Below are positions 23,801-36,100 of a DNA stretch of 64,000 nt, in pieces. The position numbers and the translations under genes were made by a program. Each line of letters begins with the position of its first letter. Position 1 is the stretch's first letter. Under the pieces are notes generated by a model. That model was not told the origin of the DNA and searched no databases. It saw nothing but the letters and a program-made list of their open reading frames with translations. This DNA comes from Takakia lepidozioides. Its lineage: Eukaryota; Plantae; Bryophyta. The DNA is taken from positions 19,096,001-19,160,000 of the forward strand of contig CM060731.1 in assembly GCA_030704615.1 (NCBI GenBank), written 5' to 3'.

Positions 23801-26800
23801 CCATTGGATGAACTAGAATTCCATTTAATCGTCTTTCACAACTGCCTCCGGCTTGATAATTTGATGCTGTTTTTCATCACCTCCAAAAATCCCTAAACTT
23901 GGTGAAAAATTATAATTAGATGCCTTGTAGCTGCCTATAAAATCTCAAGAGAATCGGGGAAGAAAAGCCACACCTTTGGTTGGTTTCCATGGTTTCGCCG
24001 TATAGACAGTCTGCCGCTTCCTAACAGTAAAAATACTGGTGGTGCCCCCAGGGGGTCTTTGGCCCTGCCACTGGGCCACAGAACATCTGGAGTTCCCTCC
24101 TACACACTTTGCATCGCTGAGGAGTTCAAAACTTTGTCGGGAAGCTCCTTCACCCGTCGTTTGCTCCGATGCAGCACTTGCTTTGTCGCGATATTTCATC
24201 GCTGTACAGATTGTTTCCTCCAATTGCCAAGACTCCTCGCCGCGTGCTCCTACTGGACTTGAAAGGCGGGAGAATAGAGAGATCGCAATCCGGGACTGGA
24301 ATTGTCGTCATGTATTGTTTCGAACAGGTGCATGTTGTCGTTACTGGTATCGAATTGGCAGCCTGTCTGCTCCCCTGTTGCACTCTCCATGAGTTTGTCG
24401 AGACCCTCGTTGACAGTGCCAAGCATCGTGCCACATATTTGCACAATGATACCATCTTGCAAATCTGGTTTCAGCAACTGCAACACCTTGACTTGATGCT
24501 TGCACAAGTTGCTCTTCTCAGCCCATGGGCAATCGCAACATGCCCATTCTGATGCAGGACTGTGGATCGTGTAGACAACTCCAGGCTTCGATTGACTTTT
24601 GACATATGCGGGCAAGTCGTCTCCAGCAGGCAATTCTACATCTAACTCCGGTATCTCCCGTGCTAGGAAGACTGCATTAGACATGAAGTTCTCCTGTCTT
24701 TTGTTGCGGATGAACCCATGCACCTTCAAGTTTCCCATGAAACAGTAGTGGGTAAGTAAACCTTCAACTAGCTCGTATATTAACCAATCCATTCTACGCC
24801 CGTCCATTTTCTCTTTTCCACTACGCAACCTTGCTTTGAGGTTGCCATGGTACGCTTCAATGCCTGCATTTGTGTCTTGGCTGGCATGCGGGACATTGCG
24901 CACTCCCGTGACCCACATTTTAAATTTTGGAACCCACTCCTTGTGGATGTAATCCCAGAAATCCCCTGCATCTGGATATGTGCACTCCAACATCCACAAT
25001 TGCAATTCAGCCCATTCCTCTACCGCATCACCCCCTGGAGCCTCCTTGTTGTACATCATCTGACCCATACCCTTTAGCACGAGACTTGCAAGTTGTCCAT
25101 CATTGATCTTCCTTATAGCATTTTTCAACCAAGCACGGCGAACATGCCACAAGCAAAGGTAAATCGCAACATCTGGAAACACCTCCCTGCAATAGAGGAA
25201 TGGGTTCGGTAAGCCTTGGGAGTACAACAATGATCAGAAAACCCCTGAAATTAAACGCAATGAAAGTGAACTCACCGAATCGCATTGATTTCCGCATCGG
25301 CGTCATCAACAATGAAGGCATTGGGTCGCCAAGCGGGTTCATCTTCCCTGAGTACTCACAGCAAAGAGCGAAGCCATGAAACAATATCGGCCGTTTTGTT
25401 CCTGGCTGATATGACATAGGCTACGGGTATGCCGTTTCAGCCATGTATCGAAGACCATTAGAGTATAAAGAGGGAAGTGCATACACCAAAAAAATGTCAG
25501 GAAAATGGGGGGCACACAACAGGGGAGCAGATAGCATAACAGGGGAGCACACGCGAGAGCAGACACGGGGCACAGAGGCTAGGCGCGAAAGGGGGAAGAC
25601 ACAGGGGAGCAGGCAGCACAGTAGGGAAGCGTAGGGGGTCGGAAATACGGGGCTGTGAGGCTGCGCGTGGACAGGGGAACACACAGGGGAGCACACAGCC
25701 AAGTAGGGGAGCACACAGAGGAGCCAAAGGCTGCACAGACAGTGGGCGCGGACAGGGAAGCACACAGGGGAGCAAACATGTCAACAAGGGAGCACACGGG
25801 GCACAGGGGGTTGGCGCGGACAGGGGAACACAGAGGGGAGCACAGAGCCAGGGAGCAGACATGAAAGTAGTCAAGGGAGCAGAGAAGGGACCACTAACCT
25901 TGCTTTTCCGAATGTAGCATCACATGCGACAATGCGATTGTGTCCTAGTTCCAGCATTTGGCGCCTCTGCCATGGAGTCTGGATACCAATAGTGAACTTG
26001 TCACCGCCGGAATCACCCGCAGTATCTTCTTCTTCGTAGAAGAAGACACATGATGGGTTGGCATCCATCCACATTTTTGTGCTGACAGGATCGCTCTCGT
26101 ATCGCTTGTATGTCTCCCAAGCTAGTTTTTCTGCCAAATTTCGCACGTCGTGGTCTAACGGGAAATCATCTCGACTCCACTTGCCACCGTCTGCCAAATT
26201 CTCATGTAAATGCTATTTGTGTAAAGCCATAATTTTCGCCGCCGAAAGACCAGCCCGCAAATTCTCCATCACCCACTCCTTCATCGCTTCACTTATGCGG
26301 GGCGCAAGTGCAAAGCGAGTATGGGGACATGTTGGATCCAGAGCGCCATGACAAGGCAAACCACCTATGTCTACATGGTTTTTATTGTAGAACGTAATGA
26401 CCACTATGGCGGGATCCAAAAAACACTGCCCAATCTTGAAACTACAACAACAACCCTTCTTAAGCGATTCCGCATGGTCTTTGCTCGATCGGCGGGGACC
26501 TTGTGGTCCTTGGGCTTGCGGGGCAATCAGGTTGTTCCAGGAATGGTTTTCTCGTGACCTCGTAGCGGTCTTGGCGGAGGTATGCAAACACGAATTTCTG
26601 AATTGCGATTGTCCTCCGGGCCATATGCACAATGGTACCTGCACATGTCGTGGATTAAGAAGCTGGTATGAAACAGATGCAATGACCACAAAATGAAAGA
26701 AAGCCGGGAAATGAACGCACAAGTAAACCACTCGATAACTGTTTGCTCGTGGCGCTATCAAACCACTCTTAGCAGCCTTGCGGGTATGAATGACTGAGAA

Positions 26801-27190
26801 TGTTGTTGGCACACCAGGCATTGACTGCTCTCCACAAACAAAATCTTCAGCTCTATCCCAAGGAATGACTGCGGTTTCCACAGTTCTTTTGCATCCATGT
26901 CGGCCTCTCAATATCGTTGTAGTCCAGCCCAATTGCAGGTGGTTGAAAAGACCTCCGAGCGGCCGTTGCACTCTCGCAAGCAGGTCGGACAGCAGATGGG
27001 CCGTGTGCAGCTCCAACATCGTACGAGGGACCTACGAACGAACAGTGAGAGTGATGACTCAAATCCATTGGCAGGCCCTGCAATGCTACATCCATTCCTG
27101 GACGTCCACGTGCCACCTTGCAGGGCATCACGGCCGTCCATTTTGGTGAAAGACGGCGCATATTCGCGGGACGGTTTACCCACCGTCGAT
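20827..27190 (-). pseudogene. Spliced MULE-type DDE transposase with SWIM finger (At4g13970/At1g60560-like family), interrupted by an insertion
   Basis: IPWDRAEDFV, KGCCCSF...HV..GLPCHG, FTIGIQTPWQ, ACDATFG (D1), VDDADAEINAIR (D2), CLWHVRRAW, TNAGIEAYH (E), SWIM CDC...LCKH. The C-terminus continues at 21056-20827. Confidence 0.8.
21057..24070. mobile_element. ~3.0 kb solo-LTR-like non-coding insertion
   Basis: TG...CA termini flanked by CAGGG (21052-21056) and CTGGG (24071-24075). Removing it restores the frame GGNSRCSVA-LAARDLGSSLSHPTAKRF of the element C transposase. Confidence 0.7.
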
Positions 27191-27199
27191 CTACTTTTC

Positions 27200-28062
27200 T
27201 GGCAGGGGAGCGCAGACAAACAGGGGCGTAGGGATAGAGGGGAACAAAACAGGGGAGCAGAAATAGAGGGGAGCGAAGGAGGGGAGCGGAGAGCGCCGCA
27301 GGGGAGCAGAGATATAGGGGACCAAAGGAGGGGAGGGGGGACGACACAGGGGAGCAGCGAAACAGGGGAGCGGAGCGCGCCACGTGGGAGCGGAATAGGG
27401 GAGCAGAGATACAGGGGAGTGGAGGCAGAGGGGAGCAGAGTGCGCCGCGGGGGGGGGGCAAACAGGGGAGCAGATATAGAGGGGAGCGAAGAGCGCCGCG
27501 GGGGAGCGAAACAGGGGAGCAAAGATACAGGGGACCGAAGGAGGGGTGCAGGGAGCTCCGCAGGAGGGGGGGGCCGAAACAGGGGAGCAGCAAGACAGGG
27601 GAGCGGAGGCAACGGGGAGCAGAGATACATGGGAGTGTAGGAGAGGAGCGGAGAGCGACGCGGGGGGGGGGGGGGGAACAGGGTCACGGAGGCACCGGGG
27701 AGCATGGAGCGCCGCGAGGGAGCGGAACAGGGGAGCAGCAATACAGGGGAGCGGAGGAGGTGAGCGGGGAGCGAAATAGGGGAGCGCAGGCGCCGGACAG
27801 CAGAGCGCGCGGGGGGAGCCAAACAAGGGAGTAGAGACACAGGGAGCGGAGAACGCCGCGAGGGAACGAGACAAGGGAGCAGACATGCAGGGGATTGGAA
27901 AGCTCCGCGGGGGGCGGGGATACAGGGGAGCAGCGCAAGAGAGTCGTAGAGGCACCAGGGAGCGGGAGCGCCACGGGGAAGCGGAACAGGGGAGCGGAGG
28001 CACAGGGGAACGGAGAGCGCCATGAGGGAGCGAAACATGGGAGTAGATATATAGGGAGCGTA
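27200..28062. repeat. GGGGAGC-core degenerate tandem repeat (continues at 39766-39949; related tracts at 20440-20790 and 25510-25880)
   Basis: Repeated (AAAC)AGGGGAGC(AG/GG/GA) units with poly-G runs. Confidence 0.85.
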
Positions 28063-28661
28063 CAACGACGCAATGGCGTGAGCGCGCGAGCGTACGCTCA
28101 CGCAGGAGTGACGTGGCGTGAGCCTGCACACACGCTGACGTGGCGTGAGCGTCATGTCAGCATGCTGATGTGGCGGTAAATGATGACGTGGCACTGTCCG
28201 TCATCTGCCACGTCAGCATTAACATGCGCCGCCTATAACCGTGGATGGTCCTATGACCGTGGAATTAATGCAGGGAATCTTGCCTAAATAGAATCAAGAC
28301 GAGCGTTGAGGCCATTGCAACATCCAACATTGTGCAATTACAAATGCTTGTTTCACTTTTACAATTACGAGGACAAAAAAATATCCACAAAGTGTGCGCC
28401 ATAAAGGCTGCACGGGAAGACTTCCTCCCTCCTCAAATAACAATGAGAGTTAGGATCATCTTCAAAAGATGATTGTAGTGCATAGCGACAGCAAGACATG
28501 TAGACTTCGAACGGTGCAATGACAAATGTGCACTACCTAAAAGTTGTCACTCAGAGCTCACTCCGTATAGTTGGAGGCCATATCATTGCACCGCCGACGA
28601 ATTGATGTGAATTACACATTTCAAATCATGGTCGTCCACATACCACATTGCATAGTTGATG

Positions 28662-31600
28662 CTACCCATGTGTTGTATCCCGCTGCAAAAGAGTATCGAC
28701 CTCGTTGAAACTCATAGTGGCCTGGTCAATGAAGTTGTCACGTTTGGGATCGCAAACCATCATCTTCAAAAATATGAAATACAAATGTTTGCAGGGTATG
28801 AATTTACCTCTCTTGCCCAAACTGGTTGATAGCATATTCACAAAATCAAGACATGTGCAATTGGGGAAATTGGAAACCGTGATGTCGTAGGTCCTGTCAT
28901 GAACAGCAGATGTGGAAGTGATGATTGTGAATACCCGACCATATCCTGGATCGGGTACTTCCGTGGTGCTTCCAACACGAGCTTGGAGCATTCTTGCAGA
29001 CTCCACTTTCCCAAAGTGTTCAGCGGTTGGAGGGAAATGTCGAACGAGCTTTCCATCTCGTTTGGTTGGCCACAAGTCAGGATTTGCCGGGGGGACCCGG
29101 GAGGACGCAGAAGTAGTAGCACATGCATGGAGTTGGGGTTGTCTCGCAAGGGAAAAAACCTGCCTCCTCCAGCATTTCAATCTCCTGAAAGCTGAGATGT
29201 GTTCCCACCTTCACGGGCCAAACGGTTGGAGGAGATGGCTTCATCACTACGGAAGGACGCACAGTTCCATGCACACATCTGGCACAATCATCTGCGCAGA
29301 ACCAGAACTTGTGGTTCTTGGCTTCTGGTTGACCGTATGGACACATCAAGCCCGTGAAAGTCGGAGCAGGAGTTCGGGCACCACCTCTGGATATAGATGA
29401 AGTGCACTTCTCGAAATTAGTTGCCCTAATCGCTATACATTTCACACGAGACCCTACACTTGTGCGTTCTATGTGCCAAACGTGGTCGGGGCATGCGGAC
29501 TCAAGCACATCAAGGGGGTTGTTTCTCTCCTGCACCATTTCAGTGGCACTGTTTGATGCTGGAGCTTGCCGTCGTGTTGGAGGTTCCTCCACAATGGAGG
29601 TTCCGGACATGGAGCTGTCATGCAGGGGAACACGAGGCTTCGAGAAGTTATCACGGTCTGCCCTGTGGGAATCTGAATCCGAACCAGGTGGAGTGTTCAA
29701 TTTCCTCTTACAGGAGCCGAATCTCTCCTCCCCTTCGAGATGTGGAACTCTAGAAACAAGTGGCGTTCCCTGGGCATACATGCTCACCGCCCGTGCTATC
29801 TTGATTGGATCCCAGATCTGTTTGCAGCACGCAACATCAACTCCCATTTGTCCGGACCCTTGCCACCAACCCCACCTCGTAAGAAATCACGGTATCGGGT
29901 TTGTTGTTGTAAGACACGTATCAAATCATCTGTTGTTGCCACATACAAATCCCGACCTCGTTTCCCAGACTGCTGCAACCATGCGTTGTGCACAGTTTCT
30001 GCCAAATTGCAAGATGGCATGTCCGCCATTTCCTCAATGGACATGTTCTGCAAAGTGCAAAATCACACTTCAAAACAGTGAACAGAAAACAACATAAAGA
30101 AAGCGATGACACAATAAAATGGAAAGCAAATGTATGAAAAAAGCAATAAATATAAGCCTCGTACCAATGGCATGGCTGCTCCCCACTGTCTATACCGGAA
30201 GTGCCAAAATGCCAGCCAATCTTCCAATGCTCTCATACTCTCAAGTGATGCAGCTCCAGAAGAGAACCACCAGGCACGAATTGTCTGGAACAAAGTGTCC
30301 ACCTCCTTCATTGTTCTAGCATCTTTGTACTCTTTGCACAATTTACGGTGCTGAGTCTGCATCTCTGGTTTGATGTCCGACTTTGTATGTTTTTCCAGAG
30401 ATTGTGTCCAATGGAATAGACATTGTACGCTCTTTTCCTCGCATTGGCACTTTGGGTCGCCCGATCCGAAGACAATACGAACAGGATTGAAATTGCTTGA
30501 GCACTGTCTGCCATGAAACCTACGAAATTTGGAGATGGCAGCACATGGCAGCCCATGACACATATCAGGGATTCCACATGAGCTTCTGGGATTCCGTATC
30601 CTCGGATTGCATGTCACAACTGCAATTGTCATAACTCGTTGGTACACTGGATCGTAGACATGACAAGCCATTGTTGTCCAATCCTTCACTCGTTTCACAT
30701 GATCAAACATGAAAAACAGTTTGCAAAGTCCCCAGTCTTCTACATCCGCTTCACGAGGCTACCCCACTGCCCTCCCCAACAGTCGACATTTTGAAAAGAA
30801 AAACTTTGATGGCCACCTTGACCTGGGGAATCCATTGTCCTGGATGTAATCGTACTTGCTCACTCGTTTCAATTCCATAGTGTCTATGTAGCCTCTGATC
30901 CCAGAAGCCCATTCTCAATTGCATTGATGTTGTGATGTCGAATGTTCGGTGAACTTAAAGTGGAGAAATGATCCATGACCAGGTCCAATGCTGCACCGTC
31001 AAGTTTAGTCCCCCCACATAATCCCCTTTCACTCAAAATATGGCTTTCCTAGAAGGACTTGCTTGCGCCAAAAAAGAAAAGAGCAATTATTAAAATTGCA
31101 GATGTTGTTTTTGATGTGGCTGGGGTTCTTCCGAAAGCATTGTTTAATCAACATCGGATAATTGTCTCAACATATCCCGGTCGTTAATCCAACAACACCC
31201 TTCGAGACATTGATGGTTAGGATTTATGGACTCCTTCGAGACCTGATGGTTATGGAATCCGAAATTGCACACAAGCTTCATTCGTCGTGTTTTCAAAAAC
31301 AGTGGACAACCATAGTACATTTCTTGCTCCGCAGAAGCGCCAAGCAGGATGGCACAAGTTTGCAGAATGTGCAGAGAAAGTGGTGACGGAGGTGTGGGAG
31401 GGGCAGTCCCAGGCGAAATGGATTTTTCCGCCAGGAACCCTCCCATTCGCTTTTTTGATTACTGGAACCCCAGACTGAAAGCGAAAGTTTCTGCAATTCA
31501 ATTCTCAAACCTAAGGGTCCATTGCAAACTGTCCTCCTTGAAAAAAGCTGTGTCATTCATTATGAATATTGGATGTGTTGTGTGCTGGACCACGGGTGGC

Positions 31601-32415
31601 CAGTCGTGTTTCGTGTAATTCCATTGGCATTCATGATGGTACACAACTACAACGCGCGAAGGAGGAGCAGGGCCAGCTTCGAATATCGAATAGGATTATT
31701 GCCATCAAGAAGTCTCCGGCAAAGCACTCACAGGAACCGGCATTCAAAGCGCTTAATCAATTTTATCCCGCCAACTCATTTTGAATCCAGACATTACGCC
31801 CATCGCCCGCAATTTTGGAATGACCACTGAAACTCTCTTTCATCAGCTCTCTCCAACCACAGTAGGAAGGACTGGATTTGGAATTTCACTTATGTCATTA
31901 TCGGAAGAATCCAAAAGCTCAACGATTGGAGTGGAGGACGTCTGTTCTTTTTTCACCACCACCTCCCTCTTGTCTTCAACGACCGAAGCAGCAGTCCCGG
32001 CGTCACATATGACCCAAGGGACTTTCGCCGAGGCTCTCCAAGTACTCTGTATCGACCAGGACGCACTCTCCACTGGCTGATATGAGCCGTCTCATCACGG
32101 TTTTGGAAAGAGTATTTCAACAACTTCCCTTTAAGATCGTACACCTCTTTCTCCAAAAAGATGGAGCCATTCTGCAGCTGAAAACGGGTAGCCAAGACAT
32201 GTTCCAGAACAATTTGCAAATCCATTGTCAAGGACTTCCTGGGAGAACGGCACTGGTTTGTCGTCAGAGAAGAACTCCGCTTCAAAGGAAGCCATCTTCC
32301 TTCCTCGCGTACGTTTGTACCTTGTTATCGCAGATCTAGTGTAAATCGGTTTACTGATGTCTCCAGAACACAGTTGAAGAATGAGCAGAGAATATGGCGG
32401 AGGAAGCTCAGACAA
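28662..32415 (-). pseudogene. Element A transposase (GCM-like N-terminus, MULE DDE core, C-terminal SWIM), decayed
   Basis: MFDHVKRV (D1), GFMADSAQA (D2), CLFHW, CNLAETVHN (E), SWIM CTCLDF...CKHLY. Many frameshifts between 30450 and 32000. Confidence 0.85.
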
Positions 32416-33149
32416 CGACTGTGCATATTATGTTATTCTTTCCAGATATGCAGCCGTCCATTTTAATTACTTTCTTGTGGGCCCAGTGGTCAGAGTATCC
32501 CTAGGAGCAGTGTCGGCAGCTGTTTAAACCGTTAACCAGAACCTCATCAATAAACCAATAACAAAGCCGATTTCCTGGAAGCATGCCACAGGATCTGAGG
32601 ATGGGATTGCAGATTAAGTAAATGTATCTTTATACTACTACCAATGACCATGCGCACCTGGAAAGTTCCAAATGTGAAACGAATGTGGGGTTTGGCTAAC
32701 AAGAATGACCGTGTATGATATTCCAAGATTTGTCATCAAACTCTCGTTCATTTACATTTATTTGTGTAAGACTGTGCGCCAAGATTTCTGGGATTCGCTG
32801 TTATTTTTAAATATTGAAACCGTTCTAATAAAGAACACGCCGTTATTTTGGGCGACACACGTCAGACATCCATAACTGAATACGAACAGCTGTACACCAA
32901 TTGCTGGCATGTGCACTAATAAGGGAACGACTATGTATAACGGTCACGCGAGAGGGAATCCGATGCTTCTAGAGACACGCAAGAACGCAGGCAATCCCGC
33001 AAGAAATCGGGAGTCACTGCGTTTTTCTACTTTTCGCGCTTAGAGAGAGAGTGGTAGTCAAGCTGGAGAGGGTTCCTTCTACAATACGAAAGAGAAGAAA
33101 GTCTCTTTATTTTACTTCCCTTAGAGAGAGACGCAGAGCAAGAGAGCAA

Positions 33150-36100
33150 ATGACGAGGCGTCGTTTGTTGGAGAACACAGGGCCAAGGCAGCAGGTGAAC
33201 GCGGAGACTGATTCAGAAGAGCAGACGGAGACTGAGGCAGCGACTGTGACACAGTCGGCGATAAGAGTGCGCCAGCCTGTGGAGGCAGAGATGATTCGCA
33301 GGGACACTGAAGGAGGTGGAAGCACGCGGAACGCCGAACCGGGAGAAGGTCCAAAACCCTAGAGCAGACAGAAATTCCAGCAGATGTGAGAAGGAAGAGG
33401 AAAGCTGCAGAAGGGGATCCAATTTCAAACCTAAGAAGGCGCCAGTAAGTTTTATCTAACTTACATTTCATTGTTGAAGATATGCGTAGAGATTGAGTGG
33501 AATGTCCCAGACAAGGATTGTCGCTACCGACCATCACAAAGGTGATTTGCTTTCTACTCCTCTACTAAGGGTTTACCGCACAATGAGTGGGTGACTATCG
33601 GTACAGTCATTCACTGTTGTTCAGATCATACAGTCTGTCTGATTGCCTCTCAAGGAGTCCTTTCTCTTCCCTTCTTTAGCAGGAACTACTGAATTGCGAG
33701 CGTCGTTAACGCCATTCGATTCTCCTCATGAGATTTATGTACCTATGTGTTTGAAGAGAGAGTGAGGGTCGGCATACCGTCAATCATCGTTGTTCAACCA
33801 TACAGTCTGTCTGATTGCCTTTCAAGCAGTCCTTCCTCTTCCTATGCTGGCGACGGTAATCATAGTGGAGTCAATCTGAATAATCTGCACAAACTGTCCG
33901 CCCTAAACTATACTGAATGTCGTTGCCGCCAATCACTTGCACATAGATGTCATTACACAACACCGATCCGGCAGGTCGTTATCTTTTGTGATTGTCGTTA
34001 AAGCCGTTTGCTATCGCTCTCGCGCTTTGTTTTGAATACGGCAGTATCAGCTTTGCTTATGTAGATTGTGCTGAATTGTTTCACCATTCATAGTGAGTTT
34101 CTTTGAGACAAGTGATGGTCGTTACCGCCATTCACTATTTGCAAATTACTCAGTCAGAACTGAATGGCATCGTGCAGAAAACTGTGAGGTCGAAGCCTAC
34201 AGGATCAGAGGGGAAAGGATCTGGAGATGGGGACGAGTCCGCAAAAAGCTCAGAGAATACAGATGAAGCAGATGAATCTGAAGTGCACTACCTTGACAAG
34301 GTGAAAGAACTCATGTCATTCCAGAAGGTAAACTCTCAGGAGGTTATAAGGACATGCTCGTATCTGGAGGGCGTCTGGACATCCCTCTGTGCCGGATGAT
34401 ATCAATGCCTGTTGTGCGTCCCCTCTTTCCATGAAATAACAAAATTGGAGAGTGATTTTGTGCATGGATATAGACTTGGTGCACAAGTTTTTTATGTGTC
34501 ACTGACGGATATAAATGGGAAAAGCACATTAGTGTCTCCAGAGATAAGTGATAACTGGGATGAGTGCTGGAAAGATGCCAATGAGGAGTTCGAGCTGGGC
34601 CTCATGATGGGAAAGAACACCCAGCAATTCTGCAACCACATGTTCTACGTCTGGGACGGCAACCACCGATTGCTGGCATGGATGGGATACATTCAGAAAC
34701 ACCATGCGAAAGACAAAGACAAGCATGTTGCTGTGGAGGCAATGGTTTTGGATCCTGGAAACGACATCGCTAGGCTTCTTACAACTATGCACGACGTGAA
34801 CAAGTAAGTCATCCAGGAGATTTCATTCCCTTTGTAGTGTCTTATTAATCCTCAAAAACAGTGTTAAGGAATGCAATGTTTCCAATGTTTTTTCAGATCG
34901 ACAGAGAAATCGCATGTGACAACAAGCTTGGTTCACACACTATTCCGAATTCAGAGGATTGGTCTAATGAAGCTGGATGATTTTCGGACAGTACTATCAC
35001 CCAATATCATCAAGAAGTGCGAAACAGGAAGAGCTGCAGGCACTTGGTATTCTTTGACACGAGAGGCGTTTCTGGAGTACATGTATGCGGTAAGCCCGAG
35101 TCTGTACTCTGTTTACTTTTCGAATACATGTTTGTAGTCCCTTCGGAGCTAATCACTACTAATCAATGCAGCAAGAACTGGCAGAGGCAGCTGAGAAGGG
35201 AAAATCCGAATATTACCGCACTACACCAGAGGAACTAAGGACATCAAAGGGTGTGGAAGCTGCAATAAAGAAGGAGTTTGAAATGCGAAGAACCAAATTG
35301 ATGTCCGCCTTCGGAAAGCAGCTTAGAATAGTAGATCTTGGACTTGGTCCAGAGTTCCTTCAGCAGATCAAAACACACTATGACAAGCATGTGCATCCGG
35401 AGATGCAGCAGAAGAAATTGCATCGGCTGGCCATATCGATGGTCGACCACAAACGAAATAAGGTGGCTGGAGATATGGAACTCAAATCAAACAGTAAAGG
35501 ACTTGAATCAGTTCCCAAAGAGCACCATACAGCCTGGCACAAAGGTGGAAGGAATCAGTGATTTGGTGTTTGATAACTGGCTCCACAAGGCTACATTTTG
35601 GAGTCAGGTGTGTATTCAAATAAGCCGTTTTCTTTTCTTCAATTATGTGATGACTATCTTATTTGCAATACTGACAAATATACAATTTGCAGCTCGAAAA
35701 GCGCGCCGTCATTGTGCTGGATCAGACTTTGAAGGACCTGAACATTTCGATTGTTTCCCCTCCCCAAATGTCATTGGAGGCATACATAAGGAAGTGGAGA
35801 GGTCTCACCTGGAGATACTGTTTTTTCCGGGAGTTCTCCAAAGATGGTAACATTTTACGGTCCAACGACTTTGACAGTCAGGTTGGAGGAGAGTGGGCCA
35901 TGATGCGAGTTGTGTATAGGTGCAATGTCATGCTTGAAACTCTATTGCTTTTTTTGGGAAAAAATGTGGCTTCATAAGGATTGCAATCATAGATCCAGAT
36001 TGAATGTTGTTGACAACATTCACTTCTTTGTCTGAGTCATTCTTAAACGAGTATATGAATTCACCTGGTTAGGATCTAAGGGTGTAATTATAGTGTCCCT

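Noticed and set aside
26853-28194. Long Pro/Arg-rich ORFs (also 17945-19762, 45148-45924, 51967-52782)
   Set aside because: Open in several frames and on both strands because the underlying repeats lack stop codons. No domain signal.
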